In this document: positions 10,276 to 21,474 of the stretch, piece after piece
Layout of the letters: every line of letters begins with the position of its first letter
How positions within the stretch are numbered: position 1 is the first letter of the stretch
Assembly: GCF_004010195.1 (NCBI RefSeq)
Contig: NW_025215024.1
Coordinates: forward strand, 21,034 to 59,070
Length of the DNA stretch: 38,037 nucleotides
Reading direction: 5' to 3'
From: Chiloscyllium plagiosum
Taxonomy: Eukaryota
The notes under the pieces: generated by a model
Databases searched by the model: none
The model's input: only the letters and a program-made list of their open reading frames with translations
Told to the model about the DNA's origin: nothing
Position numbers and translations under genes: made by a program

Positions 10276-12451
10276 ATGGGAGGATTAAAACCAAAAATAC
10301 ATAAAATGGAAGGGGAATTTGATAAAGAGTGTGAAGAATACTGAGGATGTTCTTCCGATTTAATGTTGCCTGTAAAACAGCAGTGGGGTAAAGCCAGAAG
10401 TCAGTCAGTTAGTGGGCTTGCAAAGAAGAAACAACAAACAATGATGGAGAAATATGATAAGATTTGGGAGGAATTACAGAAACAGGGCAAAGTCCCTAAA
10501 GATGAGGAAGGAAGAAATTGTCACTGTTTTTAGGAAAAGCAGAACAGCAAGCTAAATTAGAAGTAGAAGAGCACATGAAGGGAAAGAAAGGGTCAATATT
10601 AGTTAGAAGAAAGTGGACAAAAGAAGGCGGGGAGAAAGAAGAGAGGAGGATTCATTTGCATAACATGACGTTAGCCTGAATGGCAGTAGAAACATTACAA
10701 AAGAGAGTAGGTGGTACCTCTACAACAGAACTGACAAAGGAGACAGAAAAGGCAGGACCACCCGCCCCTTTATATCCTAAATTATCCTGCGGTACAATCA
10801 CCGCCCCCATATCCTGTAACACAAATGCCACTTATGCATGTTCAAGAAGGGGTATTAGATGTGCAAGAAGTAGGAACAAGAAAGTATAACGTAGTAAAAC
10901 AGAGACTGGCGGAAGCTGTAGAAGAAAGCATCAGAAAAGGAGAAAAATTAACACTAGAAGTTGAACAGAGGGTTAAGGAAGTGGAGGAGGCAAACAGGGT
11001 GATAATGACGCACAGCAGAAACAAAGAACAGCCAAAACAGGGGAGATATTTAGCAGTGCAGGAGCCAGATGCTCATTCAACACCGTGTAGTGCTGAGAAT
11101 GAAAAGAGGGGAAGATTACATGATTCAGGTCAGTTATTGGATGATGGGTTCTCAGACAGACGAAGGAGAGATTTGAGGGAAGAACTGGATAGAGAAATTG
11201 GATGGGGAGGAGTCTAAAAGTAGTATAGATATTGAGGACAAAGAATCCCTGACAGACGATGATCCAAACATCTACCCAGTTACTTTGAAAGGCTCACTCA
11301 CAATGCATACCGAACATGGCCCTCCACTGAAGTCCCTACCTGAACCAAGTTACAACCTGCGTCAAAGAGACACATTACGACAACCTATAAAGTATCAGCA
11401 CCACCAAATGCCATTAATTTACAGAGGCTCTTATCTGTGGGATATTTATCAGCCCTTCACATATACTGATATGAACTGCATCCTGGATAAAATGCCCCCA
11501 CCCATGGAGGGAGGTGGGCCCTGGATGACTAAATTTTCCCAATATACACTCGGCCACAAGTTAGCTATGGGCGAATGGAGAGCATTGTTGGGTAAGCAAT
11601 TGAGTATGTGGGAAATACAGCAGATTGAAGCGTCTGCGGGGACCACCTTATTACCTGATTCGGACCCATTTGCGCAGCATGCCACCAGTGTGGGAAGGGC
11701 AATGAGGGAGAGATTCCCGATTCCACCGGGAGCGATGCACTCACTCACCTTCACAATGAAGGAGGGTGAGGATATGTCTGCCTTTTTGGCTAGGTGTAAG
11801 GACACGTGGGCAGATACTGCGGGGAGCCATCCAGGGTCGGGTCAGCTACAGACCACGTTATTTAGGAATGCCGTTATGGCAGGGATGCCTAAGGAAGTAA
11901 AAGAGGCATTGGAGAGTAATCCTGACATCCCAGGTTGTTCTACAGAACAGTGGGAAAAACATTTGACGCACCACAGTCAGCTCAAGTGCAGTTGCTGAAG
12001 TTACAGCTCGATGAGGCTAGGAGGAAGGCTAATGATATAAAGAAGACCTCCCAAAAGACGACTAATCAGATGGTTCAGCGGCCGTCGCCACAAAACAACC
12101 TGCCGAGTTTAGACCCAACACCTGATTGGATGCCACCCTACCCCCAATATGGGGGCAGGCCTATAGGTGTTCCAGGAGGAATGCGTGGTAGAGGAAGGGG
12201 CCACGGAGGACTCCGAGGTCAACCACCCAACACACTGTTTTGAATGTGGCCAACCTGGGCATTGGAGAAGAAATTGTCCCATGTTATGGGGACCCCAGGG
12301 AGGCCAGGGATTGATCCGAGGACAGTATGTCCGCTCAAGGCAGCCTCCTTTCCAACAGGCTGTTCAGCCTTACCAAGTCCCAAATGCAGCTGCAGCCCCG
12401 GTGCAAGGACAGTACCCCCAAACTATGCCTGAAGGGCAGAGGTACGAATAT
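10276..12451 (+). pseudogene. gag: ERV gag, disrupted by stops and frameshifts
   Basis: Probable start MGGLKPK (Met-Gly) at 10276; late domains LYPKL and PPPY; capsid with MHR-like MKEGEDMSAFLAR; RG-rich tract; single zinc knuckle CFECGQPGHWRRNC (12236-12277). Confidence 0.9.
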
Positions 12452-15400
12452 CGACGGGGTCCGAGAACCCAGGGGCATGTGAGGTTGGCAGACCCCTATA
12501 TGCAAAAGAGGGTCATGGAGAAGAATCTGTCTTTTTTGGTTGACACGGGTGCAAGATTTTCTACCATCACTTGTGATATACCTCGGTCAAGAATGTCATC
12601 CTCCAGCGTCCAGTTAGTAGGGTTCTCGGGTAAACCAGAAAATCTGCCTTTGACATCGCCACTGATTACATCGGTGGCCGGACAGACCTTTCGTCACCAG
12701 TATATTTCATCACCTGCATGCCCTGAGAATCTGATGGGACGTGACTTGCCGGTGAGATGTGGGGTCTCAGTTCTGTACGGACCAGACGGACTGGTGGTGA
12801 CCTTTCCAAATGGCCATTCCATCAACTGTTCTATGACAATGATTCACTCTGGATCTCAAATGATGCTATGACCGGACACATCACCAATGGCAGAAGGATA
12901 GTGGGCAGATATATACTGGGGACTTCTTGAACCCGAAAACAGGCAGAATAATGGCATACAGTCTTTATATAACCAATGGCGACCCTGGGTTCAGATGCTG
13001 CATCCTTATGCTCCTCCTGCAGATCCCCTTCATGTTACCTTATATTATGATAGAGATGACAATGAAATCCATCAGCATGCATTCTATCAGCACCTAGAAG
13101 GGACTCAATGGGATATTTCCTCCAGTTGCGATCTGCTCGGAAAAGGAGGTGTGGCGGGTGTTGTTGAACTAACTGCAGAACAGTTGGAATGGTATGAGAT
13201 GTCTGAAGAAGCTATACCTCATGTCACATTGGCCGTGCATGCTGAATATCAGGCCAAGGATTTGGGACCTATGTCCAAACGCTTGATGGTGTTAACGGAC
13301 TGGGTGTGGACTCAGTTACCCGGTTTACAATATTCACCATCAGAGGAAGCCTATAGAATTATGTACAGGACAACTGACAAGATACTGCTGGAACATAGGC
13401 AGATTGAGAGGTTTCATGGTAGGGGAAAAACAGATCATCCACAGGCTGCAGCGATGCTTGATACTCTACCAGATACCTTGTGGTCAGCTAGTTCAACGGA
13501 CGTTGGTCACTGCAAACACGTCACAACAATCAGATTTGATTTAATAGACCACACTCCGATTTGGCAGAGAAATACTCTCTCAAACCAGAGGCTGAAGCTA
13601 GTATTGCCGACACAATTGAAGGATTGTTAGCAGCAGGGGTGCTAGAACCCTCTCAGTCAGCCTGGAATACTCCTATCTTACCTGTAGAGAAGCAGAATAC
13701 AGGCAGATATAGGATGGCACATGATCTTAGACGGATCAATAGTGTCGTTTCTACTCCAACAGTTCCAGTTCCAAACCCCTACACTGCGATGTCTGTGCTG
13801 ACCCCTGACCATAAGTGGTTGTCGTGCATTGATCTAGCCAACGCGTTCTTCTGTTTGCCCCTAGCTGATCATTTGAGGGACATTTTTTCGTTCACCTACA
13901 AAGGCCAACAACTACATTACACAAGGGTCCCTCAAGGGTTTATTTTGTCGCCTGGGGTGTTTAATCAGGTACTGAAACAGCAGCTAAAGGATCTCACGTT
14001 CCCAAACTGGGGTGATATTGATCTAATATCTGGATGACATTCTTTTGGCAGCACCCGACCATGTTTCTTGTTTGGTAGCCCCAAAGTCGTTGCTGTTTTA
14101 CCTGTACAGCATTGGTTTCAAAGTTTCACGGGTTAAATTGCAATGCTGCAGACAAACGGTGTCTTTCTTGGGTAGAGTTATTTCCGCTAAGGATACAGGT
14201 GTGTCTCCGTCCCATAGATCTTCTATTCTGCATCATACCAAACCAATCACTGTAAAAGACATACTCTCATTTCTTGGGTTGGCAGGATACAGCAGACAAT
14301 TCGTTGCATCATATGGGGAGCTCACTTTCCCTCTGAGGGCCATGGTAAATGAGCAAGGCATGAGAAATTTGTCGGCCCATTTGCAGTGGACCACGGAGGC
14401 AGACAAAAGTTTCATATCTCTTAAAAAGGCCCTAATGTGGGCTGCTGATTTAGCGGTCCCGGATTACAAAGAGCCATTTTTCCTCGATATTTCTGAAAAA
14501 TTACACACAATAAATGGTGTTCTTTTTCAGAAAAAAGGGGGAGGCAGGCAGGTGCTGATGTATGTAAGTGTTACCCTTGACCCAGTAGAGGACAGACACC
14601 CGTCATGTACAAGACATGCAGCAGGGGTAGCAAAAATTCTCTAAAAGTTAGCACATATAGTCATGGGCCATTCATTAACAGTACTGACGACACATAGTAT
14701 AGTGGCCTATGTGAACTCAACAGCCTTTACAATGACGTCACTGCGGCAAAACAGATTAGAGACAATCCTGAATGCACCACATATAATTTTTACACACGAA
14801 GGAATTAACGTGGCTGATAACATGGGAGAAGGAGAGCCACACATGTGTGAGGAAAGGATACAGAGAGACATCAAAGTTAGGGCAGACTTACAGGCAATTC
14901 CACGAGTAGACCCAGAAGAAGTGCTGTTCACAGATGGTTGCTGTTACAGACATCCAACTGAAGGACTTAAAGCAGCCTATGCAGTGGTGCGATGGACAAG
15001 TGAGGGATTTGAGGAAGTGTTGACAGGAAAAGTGACAGGCAAAGAATCAGCACAGTTAGCTGAACTACAGGCAATGATAGCTGCATTAGAATGGTCAGAG
15101 AGAAAAAGAGTAAATATCTACACCGACTCTGCATATGTGGCAAGGGCTATACAGGTAGAACTTAGTCAATGGATCAGGGCAGGATTCTTAACAGCAGCAA
15201 AAACCCCAAAAGATTAGCGGAGGCCCTAATGAAACCTGCAGAAGTGGCGGTGGTCAAGTGTAGAGGACATGATAAAGCAGACACAGTAGTAGCGAAGGGC
15301 AATCAGGAAGCAGACTCAGCAGCAAAGAAAGCAGCAGGGTATACACCACAGTATATAATGATGCAAACAGAGAGAACAGTGTATGACCTGCTGTCTGCTT

Positions 15401-16523
15401 GCGATGCAAATGTGTTAATAAAAGAGCAGCAGAAAGCCTCTCCTCATGAACTGACAGTGGAATTTGGAGGTCACTGGACAGTAGACCAGTGTTACCCCCA
15501 GGTTTGATAGCTTCCATGCTCCAGGAAGCTCATGGGTTGACACATTGTGGAAAAACACAGATGCAGAGGTATCTGACACATTGGTGGCATCCGTTCTTGC
15601 CAGCAATGATTGAAAATTATATCAGAGAATGTAGAACGTGTACAGAATACAATGTGAGACCAACAGTGAAACCACACGAGGGAAAATTCCCTCTCCCAAG
15701 AATGCCGGGACAGGAAATAGTGATCAACTACACTGACATGACAGAGAGAGTAAACGGATACCGGTACCTTTTAGTAGCAGTGGATGCATACACTGGTTGG
15801 CCAGAAGCGATACCTGCAAAAAAGGAAGATGCAAAGACAGTGATCAAATTCTTGATAAACAAATACATTCCAATGCATGGGTTTCCAAAGAGAGTCAGGT
15901 CAGATAATGGCACACATTTTAAGAACAAAGACCTGCAACAAGTTGAAGCAGCTTTAGGACTGAAACATGCGTTTGGAACAGTGTACTATCCTCCATCACA
16001 GGGAAAAGTGGAAAGAATGAATCAGTCCATAAAAGGAAAAATAGGAAAAGTGTGTGCACAAACAAAGTTAAGCTGGGTGGATGCCCTACCTTTAGCCTTA
16101 ATGTCCATTAGAAGCTCAGTAAACTCTATTACAGGGTTCACTCCGTATGAGCTAACAACAGGGCAGCAGTTCCCGGGACCAGGAGCTGGAATACAGATCT
16201 TCGAGGTAGGAGGAGTCTCTCTAAGGTACAAACTTTACAATGACCAACTAACAGCTCTGGTGTCAGCTTTCTTCAAACAGGTTGGATCGGAAAAGGGGGA
16301 TCTACAGACCCAGGCGCCATCTACCGCAGACTGGGTCCTGTTGAAGGTGATCAAACGGAAGCGGTCGGCGCCGAGGTGGACAGGACCTTATAAGGTGGTG
16401 GAGAGGACATCTCATGCGGTCAGACTACAGGGGAAAGGAGAAAGCTGGTACCATTGGAGCCAGTGTGCAGCCACGGAACCGCCAATGAGAACTCTAGAAC
16501 AAATAAGAACAGAAAAAGAGTAG
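12452..16523 (+). pseudogene. pol: ERV pro-pol: protease, 2H phosphoesterase insert, RT, connection, RNase H, integrase; disrupted
   Basis: LVDTGA (D at 12542) and LMGRDL; RT WNTPILPV, IDLANAFF, PQGF, YLDD (14027-14038); RNase H FTDG, SAQLAEL, YTDSAY, GNQEAD; integrase HHCC, SDNGTHF, GKVERMN, WTGPY. Stops at 12869, 12899, 14024, 14642; frameshifts near 13570, 14005, 15210, 15460; first integrase catalytic Asp reads Asn (15726). Confidence 0.96.
12902..13400 (+). other. 2H phosphoesterase (CNPase-like) domain inside Pol
   Basis: PPADPLHVTL (His at 13031) and IPHVTLAV (His at 13220), 63 aa apart, in the same frame as protease and the RT N-terminus; domain boundaries approximate. Confidence 0.85.
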
Positions 16524-16530
16524 AAGGGTC

Positions 16531-16551
16531 CTAAACCTTTAACTTTTGTAG
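16531..16551 (+). promoter_or_regulatory. Candidate env splice acceptor
   Basis: CTAAACCTTTAACTTTTGTAG|G just after the pol stop and 69 nt before the env ATG. Confidence 0.6.
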
Positions 16552-16619
16552 GAAGAACGTTCTGGAAAAAGGGGGGCGAGGTTCTCAAGATCTACAAGCA
16601 AAGTTGTGTAAAGGATATA

Positions 16620-18616
16620 ATGTCTATCTCTGTAAGCAGCCCACATTACCCTAGGCTGTGGAGGTTGGGAGTCTTTGCTATTATTTTATGTATAAGTGTT
16701 ATGCCGTTGTTAATAGGAGTATTAACCATGAGGGACAAACACAGGCGATGCAGAAAGACAGGACTGAAAGGTCAATAGGACAAGAGGCGGATAAATGTTT
16801 AAGGGAGAAGAGGAGCCAGGTACACATCAGACATGATAGAAACCATGGTACAACATACCAGTTTGATTTATGCGAAGTAATTGATTGTGGCCAAGATACA
16901 GGGAGCTGGAGGGAGTATGATGAATATCTTTGCTTCTATGCCATTTACTATGACCCATGCCCGTCGTGGGATAATGTATGAACATGGACTGGGGTGCGAT
17001 GGACCCCGAAGAGGTCGTCACCTTTGGATAATAGATGGAACATTCGAGACCATGTGAGCCTGACAAAGGGGCAACTCGATCATTCCTCAAAGCTAAGAAA
17101 TCCACTTTTGTTAACCCTGACAAATTTGATATTAATCCTAGTCCCAAAAAGGTACAGATTTACTGAGAGAGTGATGACAGAAGCTTTTATCTGGTAATAG
17201 GTGTAGATCAATCTGGAGTAGATAACATGGGATTCGTGAAGGTAACTTTAGTGGACCCTCCAGCCACAAATTGAAAACACAAGTATGGAGATAGAACCAA
17301 GTTCAGGAGTTGTGGTAATAGACCACAACAACCTTACACGAAGGGACATTATTAAATTAGCCACCGGATATGGGGATAAGAACTTATGGCTAGACTGGAT
17401 GACAGCGACCGCAACTTCAATGAATATGTGTAATTGCGTCGCGTGTTCCTCGGCCAGGCCTATTTACTAGCCCAGCCCCATTGTTCCCTAATATAGATCC
17501 AACAGGATTTCACTGCATGATGGCTCTCACCATGCAGGCAGACCCTCCAAATTGTACCATCTTAAGTGATATTTTCCCACCTGTAAGGAATTCACATTAC
17601 CTCCAGTGTTGACTCTGAGGGCCAACAATTACACTTGTTTTGCTCGAAGGTCTAATATAATTTTGGGAGACATGCCCGCTGACTGGTGTCAGGATACGAT
17701 TAATGTAACCGGCTGGCAGAATGATAGCACAATGGTTTGGGCCAGAGCTGATCTTTTTTGGTACTGTGGAGATAGAACCCTGCATATTAGTCTACCTCCA
17801 GATTGGTCTGGAACCTGTGCAATGGTCAGGTTAGGGATACCCTTATTCCTCTTAGGAGAACGACAACAGGGAATAAATCCGTATACGCGAACACGCAGGG
17901 ATTTGTTTGATGTCACATCTGGCTCAACCACTTACATAGATGCAATAGGTGTTCCCCGCGGTGTACCTGATGAATATAAATTGGCAGACCAGATAGCAAC
18001 AGGATATGAGAATCTCCCAATCATCGGTGTTCTATTCCCAGTTACGCTGAATAAAAACATTGACCGAATTAATTATGTACATTACAATGAACTTAGGCTA
18101 GCTAATAGAACTAGAGATGCGGTGGCGGGACTCTCTAAACAATTGGCAGCGACCTCATTGATGACAGTACAAAATAGAATGGCCTTAGATATGTTGTTAG
18201 CAGAAAAGGGGGGAGTGTGCTCTATGTTCGGAGATCAATGTTGTATGTTCATCCCCAATAATACGGCACCCGATGGCTCGGTAACCAGAGCCCTGGAAAG
18301 ACTAAGAACCTTGTCTGAAGAAATGCATGAACATTCCGGTATTGACAACCCTCTAGCAGGCATTTTTGACTTATGGTTTGGGAAATGGAAAGGATTAATT
18401 GTCTCTGTGTTTATGTCCCTCGGTGGTATGATTATTGTGTTAGTGTTGTGTGGATGTTGTTGTATCCCCTGTATTAGATCTTTGTTGAACAGGGTAATTA
18501 TTACAGCAATTGAAGGGAAGGCTCCCCTGCCCTACCAGATGTCACAGATGGAGACAGAAACCATGGCTCTGGCAAGAAGGGAAGACTATGCATCGGAGAG
18601 CGAATGTGATGTATAG
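16620..18616 (+). pseudogene. env: ERV env, gamma-type; SU disrupted, TM frame open
   Basis: Signal-like MSISVSSPHYPRLWRLGVFAIILCISVMPLLIGVL at 16620; CVAC (CxxC); furin site RTRR 17888-17899; ISD VQNRMALDMLLAEKGGVC (18167-18220) with CX6CC; membrane anchor LIVSVFMSLGGMIIVLVLCGCCCI. Confidence 0.95.
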
Positions 18617-18648
18617 AACTGGTTGGTTGGTCGCATTTTTATGAGACC

Positions 18649-18658
18649 AAAAGGGGGA
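18649..18658 (+). promoter_or_regulatory. Polypurine tract
   Basis: AAAAGGGGGA immediately upstream of the 3' LTR. Confidence 0.88.
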
Positions 18659-18660
18659 CT

Positions 18661-19275
18661 TGTAAATATATGGCTTACTTGTAAAATAGAAAGCTGGCTG
18701 CGAGTGCAAATATACTCGGCATTCGGAAGCCTGTGGTGCCGCTGTGTAACGCGTGCAGAAGGAGGTCACATGATGCTCCGTTTCGCGCCCCGGAAGAGTG
18801 AGAGGTGGTCACGTGGTGTTCCGTTTCGCGCCCCGGAAGAGTGAGAGGTGGTCACGTGGTGCTCCGTTTCGCGCCCCGGAAGAGTGAGAGGTGGTCACGT
18901 GGTGCTCCGTTTCGCGGGTAAATTAAGGTCACGTGGGGTCGGACATCCGGGAACGCGGGGAGGCGGAGAATGGAGTCAGATCAACAGCCAATCAGAAGAT
19001 AATTCTACCTCGGTGATTGCATGACGTTTTTTATTGTATAAAAGACTGGCTCAGGGACAGGAATAGGTCTTACTTTTTGAACTGACACACTTTGTAGTTT
19101 GTCAGGAACGGAAAGGTCTAGACCCAGCGCTCTGTATACTTTGTCCACTTACTGTTTATAATAAATTAAGAGTGTGAGATTGAATATCTTCTCCTATTGC
19201 TTCATTTAAAGAACACGCAGGACTGGGCTCACACATAGAAGAAAGTAAGTTGGTAAATTGAGCCAAAGTCCTACA
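18661..19275 (+). repeat. 3' LTR (615 bp)
   Basis: TGTAAATATA...TCCTACA; three 43-bp units and one 34-bp unit (18764-18926); CCAAT 18988, TATAAAA 19037, AATAAA 19160. Confidence 0.97.
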
Positions 19276-19450
19276 AAACTCACGATATCACTTGATCAGT
19301 ATTCGCTGGAGTTGCTACCTTTACTATTCACTCTTCAAGGAACACACTGGCCCCGAGTTTTCACAGCATCACTTTTAAATACTCCCACTTTCCTAATATC
19401 GACCCAACTGCAGGTAGTTCCTCCTTGTCTCTGTTTGCCAGATCCTGTCC
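19276..19450 (-). mobile_element. Continuation of the CR1 fragment split by the ERV
   Basis: Rejoined flanks (tttctttatcaaac|tcacgatatcac..ggaacacactggcccc..cttttaaatactcccactt) parallel the uninterrupted CR1 at ~6950-7085. Confidence 0.7.
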
Positions 19451-19454
19451 AGTG

Positions 19455-20558
19455 CCACGTGCTAGTGAGGATAGAATTAGAAAGATCGGCCAGATGGATG
19501 TGTGGCTGAAGCGCTGGTATAGGGGGTAGGGTTTTCATTTCTTAGGTCATTGGGATCTCTTCTGGGGTAGAGGTGACGTGTACCAGGGGGGATGGTTTGC
19601 ACTGAAAGCAGAGAGGCACCAGTATCACTGGGAGGAGATTTGCTAGTGTTACCCGGCAGGATTTAAACTAGTTTGGCAGGGAGTTGAGACTCTGAATAAG
19701 ACATGGGCCATAAACTAGTCAGGGGGAAATATATGAGCCATCGAAAGCAAGTTTCCTATCCAGGATATCTGGGCACAGTACAGGGAGGGAAAAGACTTCT
19801 GGTTTAAAAGGCATTAATTTCAACGCACGAGGTCTGACTGGTAAGGCAGACAAGTTCAGACCATGGATTAGCTCTGGGGACTGGGATATTATAGCCATAA
19901 CAGAAACATGGCTGAGAGAAGGGCAAGACTGGCAGCTCAGGGTTCCAGGATACAGAAGCTACAAGCGTGACAGAAGGACAAGAAATTGAGATGGGGAAGT
20001 TGTCCCTTTGATGAGGGAGGACAGAAAAACAGTGCTGAGAGACAATATTGTTAAGTGGCCATCAAATGAGGGCATATTTTTAAAAGTTAGAAACAAAAAG
20101 GGGGCGGTCAGTCTGCTGGGATGGTGTTATAGTCCCCCAAACAGCCAGCAGGTACGAGAGGAGAAAATGTGTAGTCAGATTGCAGGTACCTATAAAAAAT
20201 AATAGAGTAGTATTGGATGGAGATTTTAACTTCCCATGGATTGACTGGGTCACCCAGAGTGTAAAAGGATCATACAGGGTGGAATTTGTCAAATATGTCT
20301 AAGAATGTTTCCTAAATCAAGATGTACAGGGCTCTATGCTACTCAGGCGGGTGCAACACTGGACCTCCCCTCAGAAACCGAGGTCGGGCAAGTGACTGAA
20401 GTGTCAGTCAGAGAGCACTTTGGGTTCAGTGACCACAATTGTCTTATTTTTAACATAGTTATGGAAAAAGATCAGACAGGTCCACAGATTAAGGTCTTAA
20501 ACTGAAACAGGGCCAACATTGGGGCCATTCAGAAGGATCGAGCAGGGGTTGATTGGGT
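19455..20558 (+). mobile_element. CR1 LINE fragment: ORF1 SGNH-esterase end plus ORF2 endonuclease
   Basis: WLKRWYRG*GFHFLGHWDLFWGRGDVYQGDGLH; then FNARGL, WDIIAITETWL, GDFNFPWIDW, SDHN. Confidence 0.88.
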
Positions 20559-20602
20559 GAAGGTAAAAATCACACAACACCAGGTTAACATCCAGCTGTT
20601 TA

Positions 20603-20774
20603 CACTGGAACCTCGATTATCTGAATGAGATGGGCGGGCAATAGTACATTCAGATAATTGGTTATTCGATTAATCGATTCCATGCCTTTCCTCTGGGACT
20701 CGGAGTTTTTGGTAATGTCTACTCCCCGTTGAGGTGACTCGACAGCAGCAAACCATGCGTGAGCCCTCACGCCC
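20603..20774. mobile_element. Possible pogo/Tigger-type DNA transposon or MITE end, running into the gap
   Basis: TA followed by CACTGGAACCTCGATTATCTGAA, resembling CAGT-started Tigger-type TIRs; partner TIR not seen. Confidence 0.4.
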
Positions 20775-21232
20775 NNNNNNNNNNNNNNNNNNNNNNNNNN
20801 NNNNNNNNNNNNNNNNNNNNNNNNNNNNNNNNNNNNNNNNNNNNNNNNNNNNNNNNNNNNNNNNNNNNNNNNNNNNNNNNNNNNNNNNNNNNNNNNNNNN
20901 NNNNNNNNNNNNNNNNNNNNNNNNNNNNNNNNNNNNNNNNNNNNNNNNNNNNNNNNNNNNNNNNNNNNNNNNNNNNNNNNNNNNNNNNNNNNNNNNNNNN
21001 NNNNNNNNNNNNNNNNNNNNNNNNNNNNNNNNNNNNNNNNNNNNNNNNNNNNNNNNNNNNNNNNNNNNNNNNNNNNNNNNNNNNNNNNNNNNNNNNNNNN
21101 NNNNNNNNNNNNNNNNNNNNNNNNNNNNNNNNNNNNNNNNNNNNNNNNNNNNNNNNNNNNNNNNNNNNNNNNNNNNNNNNNNNNNNNNNNNNNNNNNNNN
21201 NNNNNNNNNNNNNNNNNNNNNNNNNNNNNNNN
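20775..21232. other. Assembly gap (458 N)
   Basis: Run of N. Confidence 1.
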
Positions 21233-21474
21233 CCCTCCCTGTGAAACCACCTCCAATCCCCACAACTTTCGCAGTCTGGGTCATCTGTTTCAGATCAGGA
21301 CATTGGTGTTTCTGTTACCTCTGGCACTGCGAGCAACTCTTCCTAATTGTGTCTATTCGTTCAGATCTCATCCTCTTCAGCCTCCTGAAACTTCTTCCTG
21401 CCATTGTAAGCCTCCCTGTTTAGAACACAGCACAGTTTCTCTTGTAAACACATCTTTCTGGTGACCAAGTTTTA

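Larger units (their letters stand above)
9036..19275 (+). mobile_element. Full-length defective endogenous retrovirus, class I (gamma/epsilon-like), 10,240 bp
   Basis: Two LTRs, PBS, gag-pro-pol-env, PPT; TGTA...TACA outer termini; 4-bp TSD AAAC at 9032-9035 and 19276-19279; flanking CR1 sequence is continuous across the insertion. Confidence 0.98.

Noticed and set aside
11449..11805. Antisense ORFs within the ERV (also 16827-17147, 14707-14931)
   Set aside because: Expected shadows of coding sequence, with no motifs or independent signals
14027..14038. YLDD instead of YVDD as a lineage marker
   Set aside because: One substitution (GTG to CTG) explains it, and the adjacent codon is already a stop; needs a family consensus
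17606..18616. Open 336-codon env TM ORF as a co-opted syncytin-like gene
   Set aside because: The signal peptide and SU are broken by stops and frameshifts, and integrase has an equally long open stretch, so the length fits neutral decay
18623..18844. 73-aa ORF running into U3 (sag/nef-like position)
   Set aside because: Short, non-ATG start, no recognisable motif, and partly derived from the enhancer repeat
18764..18926. CRISPR-like appearance of the LTR repeats and of 35028-35387
   Set aside because: Head-to-tail repeats with no unique spacers, no cas genes, eukaryotic context
20600..21423. Long ORFs of 161-229 aa
   Set aside because: Artefacts of translating the N gap
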